In this document: positions 24,828 through 37,420 of the stretch, piece by piece | How the letters are laid out: the number at the start of each line of letters is the position of its first letter | How positions within the stretch are numbered: the stretch's first letter is position 1 | DNA from: Podarcis liolepis | Lineage: Eukaryota | Length of the DNA stretch: 64,000 nucleotides | Assembly (NCBI GenBank): GCA_965112155.1 | Contig: OZ218099.1 | Strand: one strand, 5' to 3' | The notes under the pieces: model-generated | Told to the model about the DNA's origin: nothing | The model's input: only the letters and a program-made list of their open reading frames with translations | Databases searched by the model: none | Translations under genes and position numbers: made by a program

Positions 24828-27800
24828 TAGCAGAGCGATGGAGCACCATTGCACAAACACAAGTGCTCTGCATCTATTGCTCTTGAGAGCAGGATAGAGC
24901 GTGGGGCAGATTTAGTAGCAGCTACTTGGTTTATCAAACGTAAAAGAAAAATTGTAGCAAAGGCTAGCAAAGAGCAAAAGCTACAGAACTTTTCTACTGT
25001 GCCGAACTCTGCCTGGGGCTGCCATCTGTAAGCTGCAGCCAGTACAGAATGTGGCAGCCTGCCCGCCTCTCAAAGAAAAATATTTTATAAAGTTTATATT
25101 GGAATATGTTGGGAGGTGAATGGTGAGAATCAATTCCCCCAGTCTCTTTGGATGCTATAAAAGAGAAAGAACTGACCTATGAGCTCAATATTTTGTGTTG
25201 CAATGAGATAGGGTGGGTGAAAAGGGTGTGTTGGGGGGGAATAAGGATCCCATTCCATTTGAGCCCATCCTTTTCATCCCATTCTATCTCTTTGCAATTC
25301 ATGGACTCAGAGGCCATTCTATAGCAGGCAAGCAAGCAGACATTCTTTGTGTTTGCATCTTCTGAATTAGGGGGTTTCTTGGAGGGGATCTAGGAGGCCT
25401 GAGCCCCAGATTGCCTGTCCCTTTCCCCCCTCCTCCATGTTTTTGTATTATTAACAGTCTGTTAGAAATTTCCCATTACATAAAAATATACCACTCCCAG
25501 CCTTACACCTTCAATAAAGCCCACCCACCCATCTTTGCCCCTTCCCCCAAACATGTAAGTTCCCCTGCCCATCGAAACATTAGAGGAATTTTGAAATCTT
25601 TACAGCGTAAATAAACAGCCGAACACAAGAGATAGAAAGCATTAAGACAAGAATGAATCAACAAGCATAATTATACAATAAGTACTAATCCTAAGGTCAA
25701 CATGTGCATCTGGCACCTACATTGCACATGTTTTTGGTGACACGCCAAAGCACGCCTTTCCATCCAGGCTTTTGGGAATGGTTGAACGTGAGTTTCCCCT
25801 TCTGTATCGTAGAGTGACTTTCCCTATGAAAAGCAGCCCAAAATTGTGTCCGCACATATAAATTAGCACCTGCAAATGGCATGCATTTATTTTATTTTTT
25901 GTCATCGGTCTGTGCCCTTTGTCTTTTAAAGATCTAGCAGTGCCTCTCTGCTCCAAGCAACAGCCCAGCTCATGTTCCTCTGTTGTGGGCTGATGCTGGC
26001 CCTGCCTAGATCTGTTTAGCATCATTACAGAGAAGCCATGAGAGGGAAACAGCCAGAGCAGTGAGGTGCTGCCTTCCATCAGCTGAGGCCAGGCAGAGCA
26101 GAAGCGGCAGGAGAATGATGCAGCGTATAGGTCACCTGCCAGGTTTTTAAAACTTTATTATGGTTGCATTGACTGTTTTGACTAATCTGATGGTTTGTAT
26201 ACTGCTTTGTGAGGTGGTTGTCCTGCAAAACAGCATGGGAGTCTTTAAAATGCATAAATAAATTTTAGAAATTGGGCATTTGGAGCAGCCTGTTCTTTCT
26301 ACCGGGAGAGGAAAAGCTGAAAGATAAGGATGTGCTCTGCCCACCCCTTCATACCTTTCTTAAAAGATCTGCTCCAGAGACAACCCAATGGCTTGGTTCA
26401 ATGATTCCGAGACCTGTTCCTCATCAAGACTGACAGCTCTGGGCTCGTTGAAGCATTCGTCTGATTTATAAAGCCTCTCCTATAGCCTCGATGAGGAACA
26501 TTGCAACATCCTCCCACACTGCCTTGTACTAGAGTCAGATAACAATATATGGGAACACCTGTAGCTTGGTTCAGGGCCTGGGGTGGGGAATGACTACAGA
26601 CCGAAGAGAGAAAGGCTATGCTCACATCAGCAGCTTGTGAGGTTATTCCACCACCACCACCCTGGCTGCATTTCCATGTCACTTTCTTGCTTCTCACACC
26701 AGAGCAGGGGGGTAGATGTCTTCACCAGATGATTCAATGCCCCCACCATGCCAAACTCCAATTCAGTGAGGCTTCTGTTTGCATGTGCGCCATCGTCTGC
26801 ACATGTGCAAAAGCTGCCCGAACTGTTCACACCAAAATGGAACTGTGGTTTCCATTTTCAAATCCTATGGAAATTGGGTTGAGATAGAACGCATCAAGGA
26901 AGAGTATTTCTCTAAAAGCTTCAGAATACATACAGATTGTGGCTAATGGCATATGAACCCACCTTTAAAAACCAGCAGCGGAGTACACTGGAGCTGCAGT
27001 AAATGGTAATGTGAGCACATCCTTAAGTTCCTGGCCCAAAGGGGCAGCACCAGAAATAACAGCTTCCCATTACAGCAGCTGACCCTTGCTCACCCCATAA
27101 TTGCACAGGGAGATGTCTGTCTCCAGGGTGAATTCCTAGTGTATTCCTTCAGTGACTGTCCCAGAGAGAAAAAGAACAACTTTTCCATCCCAAGTAGGAA
27201 GAAAATCTGCACTATGGGTGCTGGAATGGACTTGGCTCTTTTGACAGACCTCGACCTTTGGCAATTTGTCAGCTGTTCTTGTTCAGAGAGGGCCATGGTG
27301 TTAGGACTAGCCTAAGACATTTGATGGCCTCAGGCAAGCAAGAAGAGGGCAATTCCACTCACCTTCCACAGAAACTGACTGGCCTGGCAGCTGAATCTTA
27401 GTTCAACACTGATGCTTCGACATCATCCTCCAGTATTCCTTTGGGAGGAAGAGTGGGATATAATTTGCATTAAAATAAAAAATAAATAAATACTGAAGCA
27501 TGGCCTAAAATGGTCTTGGTTGAACTTAATATAAATTTAGGAATAAGATTCTCCCTGGTGAATTCCAGCAGTAGACATTGCAGTGTTTTTGAGCATAGAA
27601 TTTTCCTCCAAAGCGGTCAGGGATGATCTTGCTAATAGAGCTTTTTACCATCCTCAACTCATGTGCCTCAACAGTAGCTTCATCTGCAGAAATTAGAAGC
27701 TGGGGTGTTGCTGTGAGTATCTCTACCTACTCAATTTTGCAAATGAAGCTTCTCTCGTAGGTGCAGGAGGAAGCCAGACTGTTTGCTTGCTATTTTTTTT

Positions 27801-28235
27801 TTTTTTTTGCTGTCCTCCCCATGATTCCAGGGAACCCTGAATTAGCTGGAAATCATCTGGATTTTCCAGTTTGTTCTAAATCAATAGTAAGAACAGATGT
27901 GACATTGTTTCCTGAAAAAAGCGTTATCTTCTTAGCTCAGCATTAGCATTAGGCATCTTATCACAAGGGAGCCACAGGCCTCTGCTCAGTTCCAGGTAAT
28001 GGCAGTGAATGCCGCTGAGGCTATGTCTACAAAGGTAAGCAAAGCAAAACCTAATCTTCAGTGACTACTGTGTCAGATTTTCTTGGTGGAATTTCTGCAT
28101 GTACAGACAGCTATTTTCAGTCATCAGTAGTCACCCAAAGTTAAGAGCTGGTTCCCACATTCATTTTAAGATAAGATATTGGTTGAGTTCATGTAGTGTG
28201 AGAGATTTTTATTTTATGACTAGGAAAGTGATCAC

Positions 28236-28240
<5 letters not shown>

Positions 28241-28280
<40 letters not shown>
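28241..28280. repeat. (TG)20 microsatellite
   Basis: Direct reading. Confidence 0.95.
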
Positions 28281-28288
<8 letters not shown>

Positions 28289-28929
28289 CACACATTCTGC
28301 ATTTTGCTGCCTTGTTCAACATATTTTCCATATCCTGGTGATGGTACAGGGCACAAAAATTCATTTGTTCATGGTATGCGCAGAAGCAATCACCAGTTAT
28401 ATTTCCAGCCATTGTCCTGGGGCCTGATCCATAAAAGGCTGCTAAGGACACCAGTGGCTGGGCTGTTGATTATCATACATCAGGAATTACTGGCAACAGG
28501 CCCAAATGTATTTCCTTTCTGGCTATGAGGTCCAGCAGTATATTGTGTGCGGCAGCCCTTAAGAATGCTGGAGAAGCTCTGCAGGATCCAGCCAACATTG
28601 CACTGAATCCAGCCATGTCACACCAGAAGCATCTGGGATCTTCAAGAGCAGGATCATTAGAGGCTATAGTGCAATGTGCTGTAAATGCCACAGAAGATGG
28701 CCAATTTACTAGCTTGGCATCTATGCCTTCAAACAACGGCGCAACATGCTGGTGCCTAGTAGGCAGAGTATTCCTCAGCAAGGAGATGAATTGACAGGTA
28801 AAAGGTAACAGCTTCATCTCTGCATATCAAGTTAAAGGTATAAAGACAGCAACAAAAATTATTATTTATTAAATTTGTATACTGCCCTTCATTGCTGCTC
28901 TGTTCTTGAATAGAGCTGTCTTAAAAATC

Positions 28930-29320
28930 AGTATTTATTTATTCATGTTATTTCTTAGTCACTTTTCAGGGCCAAGCCCTCACAACTCAAAAGAGAGAGG
29001 AGACATTTAGAACATCCGAATGTGAAGAAGCAGTGAGTGAATATCAATGAAAAGATGTGCGAATTAGAGCACCATGTTAAACTCTCTTAAGGAACGGCAA
29101 CAGTGAAAATGTAAGTTTTAAAGGCTTTCTTGAATGCAAGGACTGCAGGAGCCAAGGAAATGCTTATCGGAAGAGAGTTCTGCAGCTATGAAGCCACCAG
29201 CAAAAAATCCCTGTTACGTATTGTCTCACCTGGTTCACACAAGCAGGAACTCGGATGAAGACCTCAAATTACGGGCACGGTCATATGGGTGCAAGCAGTC
29301 CTTTAGGTAGCCAGATTTAG
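28930..29320 (-). mobile_element. Old L2-like LINE 3' fragment
   Basis: (TTTA)n tail and GGAAGAGAGTTC...GCCACC...GACCTCAAATTACGGGCA...GCAGTCCTTTAGGTAGCC blocks. Boundaries approximate. Confidence 0.55.
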
Positions 29321-31072
29321 GGCCTAAGAGGCCCAAATAAAAAAGACTGCTAGCCCAGGGCCTGCTGTGCCACTAGGCAGTGGGACAGCCACCGCTGGGG
29401 CAGTGAAGAGCACCAATGAGGTACTGAAGGACAGATCTGTGTGTGCCCTGCAGCCTGCCCTCTATTATGCTGGCCTGTTGCTCTTAGGTGCAGTGCGGAG
29501 AAGCTGTCCTATCACCATGCTGAAAGAAGATTAGATTGGCAGTCCAGTTAGGGTCTGTACATGGAATAGGGCTGGGGTGCCATCTTGTCCTTAACATCAG
29601 GCAGCAAAATGTCTTGAGCCAGCACGGTGATAGCCAGGGCAATTCATTTGGAGTCTCTCAGTGAGCAGCTGGGGTGTCACGTGTTCAGATCTCCTGGCCC
29701 CATTAGCTGCATTTTGCACTAGCTGAAGTTTCTGAACCATCTTCAAAGGTAGCAGCACCTGAAGCATATTTCAGTACTCCAGTCTCGTAGTTCCAGTTGC
29801 CACCTTGCCCACCTTTGACAGAGGTTCTGCGCCTTTAACATCTATACAGAAAGCCAATGAAGGTAGATTGTTCTGACATGCTATGCTAATGAAGGGGAAA
29901 CCACACCTGCTAATTGTTTTATTGTATTTTATTTTCATAGGAGCTGCTAAAGGCACTGAGGCGTAACACCTCAGGCAGAGAAAGAGTTGCCTACTTTTGC
30001 AGCAGCAACCAGAGAGATGTCTACATTCACGTGCGTGTCCGCCTCTGTACATACCAAACATGCAACTGTTGTGAGCTATTTAGCAGGCTCCTTATGTGTG
30101 TCAGTAACAGAACAGGCCCGTTTTCTCGTTGCCCTGTGAACGTCTGGTTCTGTGCTAATTCTCAGGCAGAGAAGGGAGCTCTCCGGAAGAGGGAGGCACT
30201 GTTTCTTCAGAAAGAGCAACGTGATTGAAAACAACCCAAAAAAGGCTTGCGGGGCCAGTACAAAGCATATTTTCCTAGTAAAGGAATCCACTTTGTGTTA
30301 TTTGCTGGAAGAGCTTAGAACATATGCCCTGCACGGTCCTCCCACCCACGTACAAGCACACGCTACATCCACATACATATGAAGTCTCTCAGTGCCTGGT
30401 TTTGTTTGTAGAGATGATCATTGCTCCTGCATATTAGCAGACATCAGGTCCTGATATGCCAAATATGGTTTGGCACAAGCATTCACTCTTTACAGTTGAA
30501 ACCATGTTGGATATGCTTCTGTAACTTCAGAATTCACGCTTGCTGCCTCTGTAGTGGTTTGGTTGTCAGGTCAATCATGCACCCTTCTCACTAGCAGTTC
30601 TGACAGTAATTTCTTTTTCTTTTTGCACTTTTTAAATATCCATTATACACAATTTTTTTCATCCTATCATATCATATACAGACTTATCTGCCATTGACAT
30701 CTTATTACACATTCTTTAGTTTTCTACATGTCCACTGATTATCAATTCTGTTCTCCTTCCATTCATGATCCTTTCTTTTGTCTGCAGAAAAATTTGTTCT
30801 GCCTGCAATTTCAAGCGTTATTCTGGAATTTTGACTTAGAACTTCTATTTTTCCATGCTGAAATACTTGGCTAGATTCCAAAGCTTCCTTGTCAAACATA
30901 CATATGTATGCATACCTACACCAACTTCAGGGAAGTACTATGGCACCCCCTACAAATTAAGGATGTAAATCCAAACAAAAGTAAGCATGTTAAAATCTGA
31001 ATGAGCCCAGTAGAAGAGATTTAAGCACGTGATTAAATCAATGGAACTTAAGTGCTTTAACTTCAACTAGAT

Positions 31073-31198
31073 TAAGCATAGGCAAACTCGGCCCTCCAGA
31101 TGTTTTTGGACTACAACTCCCATCATCCCTAGCAGCGGTCAGGGATGATGGGAGTTGTAGTCCCAAAACATCTGGAGGGCCGAGTCTGCCTATGCCTG
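31073..31198. mobile_element. Palindromic hAT (Charlie-like) MITE
   Basis: Arms of about 60 bp form a near-perfect inverted repeat. 8-bp TSD AACTAGAT (31065-31072) / AGCTAGAT (31199-31206). Confidence 0.88.
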
Positions 31199-31386
31199 AG
31201 CTAGATTGTGCCTAAATGGGGGTTCCCCGAACAATAAATAGAAGACCAAATGAATATAAGGTAGGAATCTATATTGAATAAATATACAGAAAAACAGATT
31301 ATTGTTAACAAATACAGAGGGTGATAGCCAATGTAACTTTTTAAAAGTCTATTAATTCTGAGTATGCCTTAGCTGGAACTCCCTCA

Positions 31387-31391
<5 letters not shown>

Positions 31392-31431
<40 letters not shown>

Positions 31432-31439
31432 CCCCCCCC
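31392..31439. repeat. (TC)n microsatellite followed by poly-C
   Basis: Direct reading. Confidence 0.95.
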
Positions 31440-31858
31440 TCTCGCTCTCTTGTGCTGTATTCTTCCACAGTTTATCACTCCCCACAAAATTATGGCTGCA
31501 GGCAGCCTAGATCCATTTTATGTACGGCGTACATTTTTTTTCAATTAACTCTTTTTCCTGAATTCTATAGCTACAATTTTATTCACACTTATCTAGGAAC
31601 AAGCCGTGCTGAACACAGTGGGATTCACTTCTGAATTAACATACCCAGGCAACTGATGTGGCATGCCGGGAGGTTAAGGTGAGGCAATGGTCTCCAAATG
31701 GTGAATTTGGGACTCTCTTAATGGCAGGAGACAGCAACCCAGACGTCCTCTCAGACTGAAAGAACCACTGGAATCAATGGGAGCTAACCAAAAAGTTCTA
31801 GCATAGATGCTGCTCATTTCAAGAAAGCTTGCACAAGAGAGCTCCCTAGTGGATTATG

Positions 31859-31862
<4 letters not shown>

Positions 31863-31902
<40 letters not shown>
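31863..31902. repeat. (GT)20 microsatellite
   Basis: Direct reading. Confidence 0.95.
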
Positions 31903-31904
<2 letters not shown>

Positions 31905-32346
31905 TTTGGATTTCCTGCTTCCTAGCTCTACCCAGAGAGGAAAACATGCTGGCAATCCAACAGGCTGCATTTATATGGATTTACCTGATGGTGTGAAATT
32001 GAATGTGAACAAAAAAGAAAGCAGGGAGGGAGTCAGAGAAGGGTGGTACCCCAGAATCTAATCTGGCGCATGGCCACCTTTTGCCTACTTCTGCTTCCAG
32101 GTACAGATTGCTTGCGGGGTGTCTATAAACAAAATATACAAACCGAGTTACTGTCTTTTGCCAGCTGATACTCCTGATTCTGCTCAGTTCTCAAATCTTT
32201 GAACTTGCTCAGCATAACACAGAAGCCTCATCTATAGCTGACCTTTTGCTTATTGGTGAAACACCATTTCCTTGCACTGCAAAAGATTCTGACTATATGG
32301 CTTGTGCTGAGGTATCTCCAGAGGTCGCAAGACCAAATGAATATCT

Positions 32347-32468
32347 CAGGAGTAGCCAACATTGTGTCCTCCAAATGGTGTGGACTACAACTCCCTTCAT
32401 CTTTGACCATTGGCCATGCTGGGTGGGACTGATGGGAGTTGTAGTCTACAACATCTGGAGAGCACCTG
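32347..32468. mobile_element. hAT-type MITE, same family
   Basis: GGACTACAACTCCC...GATGGGAGTTGTAGTC inverted core. Confidence 0.7.
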
Positions 32469-32595
32469 TGCATTAGGACATTGCTCACAAACAAAACGCC
32501 TGGACAATATTGGTAATGCTATTATTCAGAGAGCTTAATTTCAATGGCCCAAAATGCTTCCAAAATATTTAGAGCTCATATAAGCTTAAGCGCAT

Positions 32596-32908
32596 ATGAT
32601 AGAAGGAGGTAATTTGGACAGAGCAGGGGAATGGCAAGCTTGTATTAGTTATTAAAAACCTTTGTGACCATTATAACTACATGGTCTTCATCAGTCACAG
32701 GAATAAAAATGCAATAAAATTACATCTTGGGATATATTCATGCACAAACTTTTATGATAGAAGGAGGTAATTTGGAGAGAACGAGGGAAACAGGAACATT
32801 TATTTGACTAATTAGTAATTAAAACCTTTGTGGGTATCTGAACCGCATAGTCTTCACCAATCACAGAAGTAAAAATACAATAAAATAGAATAAAGTCTTG
32901 GAATATAG
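32596..32908. repeat. Diverged ~158-bp tandem duplication
   Basis: ATGATAGAAGGAGGTAATTTGGA at 32596 and 32754. Each copy is followed by AAAACCTTTGTG, GTCTTCA, TCACAG, CAATAAAAT and TCTTGG. Confidence 0.85.
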
Positions 32909-34390
32909 CCACACTTTAGAAATCCCACTGTGTTCAATGAGATTCTTAAGTAAGCGTGCACTAGAGTGCAGCTGTAGAATAGCACAGGTCTGGGCCAGGC
33001 CAGCATTTTCAAGCCCATCAGGGGTAAAGATGAAAATGTTAAATATGCAGGTGTGGAATAAGCAGGGGAATGAACTTAAGCCATTTCACTCTCGCTCCAT
33101 TTGGATCTCACTAAACGCTTGTGTAAGGCAGAGATTGGACAGCAGCAAAGCCATATTATTATATGTGCTACGTACCTGGGCGTGGAGAAACAACATATAC
33201 CACACCAGATCTTGCATTGTAACATCTGTCCCAAAGAGGCAATCTGCTTTTAAGCAACTGAACAGTAGCAAACCTCTTCAGCAGCGGTAGCTGTTGTGGT
33301 GTTTGCCAGATTCCATGTCTACATTACATCTCACTTCTGGTGTGTGCATTCTGCAGACAATGGATCAATGACCAGCAGCTCTGCCATAATTCATGCAGAT
33401 GATGAGTTCTGTTGTGAAGCTGGAAGGAAGCAGCTGGATAGTCTTACATTACATTGGTCCTCACCCTGCGTAGTTTGTTGTGTTTACAGTCAAATTACAG
33501 AATTTGAGTTTCTAGGCTATAGGATTCTTGAAATGGAGCAGACATCACTGTACGATCAGTCTACTCAAGCAAATAGTGTAATGTGGTCAGAGAGGAGTCT
33601 TGAAAGACCAAACCTCCTCCTCCAGGGTTAGAAAACCGGCATCTTCTGAGCAGACTAGACCACTTGCACTAACGATTCTTGTAACAGGCAAGCTAGCTGT
33701 ACTGGCAGCTTCTCTAGCTCTTGGTTTCTTGGTTCACTGCGAGCAAGTGCCTCTGTTCATAAGCAATATAGCCTGGTTCTCTAATCTCCAGAGGACACCA
33801 CACAGCATAAACCTTAGGTTGAGAGAATGCATTTCTGTTTATTTTCCTTTGATGTACTATATATACAACTACTGCAATAAAGCCAGTTTTGTTTAAGCCA
33901 GTACAAAGCCTGACTTGTGAGGGTTCACGAGGGTGGCAGTATTCCATGCCAAAGCCTCTCCAAGTGAAAGATGAACATATTTTCCCATTCCCTTACCACA
34001 GCTCTTGTGACCCACAGTTCTTCCTACTAGTTTTTCCAGCAGACTTCCCTATTGGTGTTTCCATACACTTCCAAGGAATCATGATTCCAAGGTTTGTGGT
34101 GCATTTCCTTCAAATCAACCCTTTATCGTACACGTTTCCTAGGTTTATTTTTAGCACAAATCCTGTCTGTGTTTTTCCCAAGAATATCACGTTAAATTAA
34201 AAACAGGCCTCCGTTTGCCCCCAGGCTTAGCTCTTGTATTTGGAGGGGCGAGGATCGCTTGGAGTATAGAATGTTAAGGTTAGTGGAAGTTGAAGCAGGT
34301 GTGGAATGACCGTTGGGCTATGTGTTTTTTGAAGGTGACAACTGAGGATTAGCTGAGCGGGAAAAGCCTGATGCCGGTATTTGTCAGGAT

Positions 34391-34450
34391 GTTGTTGTTT
34401 AGTCGTTGAGTCATGTCTGACTCTTCGTGACCCCATGGACCAGAGCACGC
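34391..34450 (-). mobile_element. Very short BovB 3'-end insertion
   Basis: Same terminal 60 nt as the 23997 copy, flanked by CAGGAT at 34385-34390 and 34451-34456. Confidence 0.8.
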
Positions 34451-35492
34451 CAGGATACATGCAGGTAAAAATGGGGAGGGGGCACACCCCAACATCTCCA
34501 CACACGCTGGCTTCAGATTCTATTATCAGGAACTCTGTCTTATCAAGAGTTCCTGATTGCAAAAGGAACTAGGCACACACACATCCTGATGTGCTTAGAA
34601 CCCCCCTTCAGAACTTCCTTCTTAGCATGGAAAGATCTGAAGTGGAATTGGCGCATGCAGGCTAATGCATTTAGGAGATTAGGCATGAGTTTGGCACCCA
34701 TTCATTTCAGTTTATTGCAAATTTGTTTTCACTGTGGCTCAAATAAACTTTCAGTTTTATCCAGCAATTATCCTGATATTGCAAGGCTCTCCATCTGTTT
34801 GATAGAACTCCCTTTCCTCTCTCCTTGTCCCCCCCTAAATCTGCTCCAGAGGGTTGGGGAACCCCAGAACATATGTGAGGGGTGTTGGGGGAGCATGCAG
34901 GAAGAGGAGAAGAAGTCTCATTGTGCAGGCAGATGTCCTTGTGCTTGTGGGGCAACTTTGTTGGATATTGCATTATTAACATTGGGTAAATTCCAGTCTA
35001 TCCTCTATTCTGCCCTTCATCAGAATCAAGCCTATTTTGACAACCAGCTGAGGTGCTAGGTACGTATTGCTGAGTGGTAAGTAACCAAAGCATGACATAC
35101 ATTTCATACAATCCATAAGAGAACCATGTGAGGTGGTGAACATGACCATTGGAACAGACTGGCCCAATTGTCCTCATAATTTTGACAATATCAAAAGGAC
35201 AGACAAAGAGTAGTAATGTGAAGGAGCACATTTGTTTTAAACAAATAGTATCTGGGGTTAGATAGCAACCATAATCATGTATTCTCAGAAGCCAGTCCTA
35301 TTGAATTCAACAGGGCTTACTCCCAGGTATGTTGGGTTAGGATTTTAGCCATCATGCTGGTCCTTCAGAAATCTACACATTTCTGGCCAAAATACCACGA
35401 AATGCACCTATGAGGTATTACTACTGAAGATTCATACCACAACCCCATCAGTCATTTACAGACACCGTTTTTTGTACCAGTCTTACTGCTTC

Positions 35493-35569
35493 AAGGATGA
35501 CTCATAACCCTTGCCAATAATGTGCATAATAAGTGCATAAGGATGACTCATAACCCTTGCCAATAATGT
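35493..35569. repeat. 31-bp perfect direct repeat with 15-bp spacer
   Basis: AAGGATGACTCATAACCCTTGCCAATAATGT at 35493-35523 and 35539-35569. Confidence 0.92.
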
Positions 35570-35604
35570 CCCATATCTGACAGACGATTTTGTGTGGTCC
35601 AGCC

Positions 35605-35736
35605 TGGGCTTTTTTTCAGCCGGAACTTGCCCAACTCAGTTCTGTGACTCTCAGGTGAGGCCATTGCCATTCTAAGAGACCGAGGGAGGTGTTCATGCTG
35701 AATTCCGGCACCTCTTTTTCTAGAAAAATAGCACTG
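35605..35736. mobile_element. Probable non-autonomous DNA transposon
   Basis: Imperfect inverted ends CTGGGCTTTTTTTCAG / GAAAAATAGCACTG and internal GCCGGAAC / TTCCGGC inverted motifs. Confidence 0.5.
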
Positions 35737-36589
35737 GGCTCAGGTATTCAACCATTGTTTATAAATACTGTGCCTTTCTTTTTGTTGACGAGAGACCACC
35801 TTTTTCTGGTCTTGTGGAGCTCTGGACTAGACAAGAGAGTGGCTGCTCAAGAGCAAGGTGCTTGGACACTGTGGTGGCTGCCAGCCTTTTGTGTTGAGAT
35901 CCATAAACCTTCACCACCTTGTTGATAGATCCCATGCCTCAGCGGTTGGCTGTTGCCCAGGCAGACACGTCTGGCATCTGTTATGTTTGAGGGAGGGAAG
36001 GAAGGAAGAACCTTGGATCCATTCCAAAGGAAAAAACCTGTACACTGCTTCCTTTCCCTGTCATTCAGGCTGCAAGCAAGCTACTTCACTCATATGAAAG
36101 AAACAGGGCCTACTGCACCAGATTGGTCTTCTTGTGACGGAGTTATAACAATTCTGAATGTGTTCCTTTCTTCTTCCTGGCAAAAAGGCAATGAACAGGA
36201 GGTTCATCCTGTGGCTGCACAACTCCCAGGATTATCACTCTGTTTCCAGAAATCCACACTGGCTTCTTGTTCTTGGAGTCTGTATTATTTCCCTTTCTCT
36301 ACATATCTGAGTATCCCTGCTTCGGACACTTTACCCTGAGCTCCTATAGAAAATGACAAAATTTGTTGGCAGGACAAGGACCTAAGACTGGCCCCATGGT
36401 GTGGATTATTCCATTATTCCTTGTAATGATTGAGAGAGAAAAAGATGCATTGAAAGAAACTCACCTAAACTCACACCGGAGGGCTGTGACTGAGCCTGAT
36501 AAGACCTCAGGAATCCTCTTCACCATGCAATGCACCACATTGCAATTTTGATTATTAAAATGGCCTGGAACTTAGCCAAAACTGTAGAG

Positions 36590-36790
36590 GGACCAAAGCT
36601 CAGTGGCAGAACACATGGTTTTCAAGAAGAAAGTTCCAGGTTCAATCCCTAGCATCTTCAGCTAGAAGGAGCAGACAGCATGTGATGTGGAGTCCCTTTG
36701 CTGGAGTCCCTGCAGAGCTGTTACCAGTCAAAGTGGCCAATAGTGACATAGAAGGATAAATAGTTTTATTAAGTGTAAGGCAGATTCCTG
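36590..36790 (+). mobile_element. Old tRNA-derived SINE
   Basis: AGCTCAGTGG A-box and GGTTCAATCCC B-box. A related inverted copy lies at about 37460-37625. Confidence 0.6.
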
Positions 36791-37134
36791 CGTTGCTTAA
36801 AACTCTCCCCCGCCCCCATCCGAAACTATAAGGTCGGCACGCATCTTTCTGCAATGTACCTGCTCTCTGCTTCTGGTACACAGAATTGTGGATTACATGG
36901 GGGTGGTCATATTTTTGTTTCCTTCCAATCTCATGGTTCCATAAACACATTTACTTGCCAAATACCAGTGTCCAGGACTTTGCCCTGACACTGAGGTTCT
37001 CAAACAAGTCACAACTATTTTTTTAATAGGTTCCCCATAGAAGATATTAGCAACCCCTTGTTCCAAATTTAGGTGCTAGACAAAAACATGGTGGCTTTCC
37101 CCACTTGAAGCGATATCAGTGAGGGAAAAGAACA

Positions 37135-37420
37135 TGAGAGGGGGCTGGGTGACATATAAGGATTTATTAACAGAAAAGGACCGTGAACTTATATTAAAGA
37201 GGTTTGAAGACTTAGGTCAACAAATAACAGAGTGGTTACAATATTTTCAAATTAATGAAGTATTTAAGGAAGATTAAAAGGATCGGTTTTTCCATATCAA
37301 ACCTCGCAATTTGAGAATTACTGGGGAATAACAACAAAGTAAGTTCCAGAATGTATAAATTGTTATTAGAACGGGAAACGAAAGACGAGCAGGTGAAGTC
37401 AGTGATGATTCACTGGGCAG
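37135..37420 (+). mobile_element. L1 ORF2 internal fragment
   Basis: ATGTATAAATTGTTATTAGAACGGGAAACGAAAGACGAGCAGGTGAAG encodes MYKLLLERETKDEQVK, homologous to the L1 copy at about 4650-4710. Confidence 0.75.

Noticed and set aside
34589-35059. 156-aa ORF (and similar ones at 9292-9768 and 61901-62347)
   Set aside because: No homology recognised, composition typical of non-coding DNA, and partly overlapping repeat fragments.
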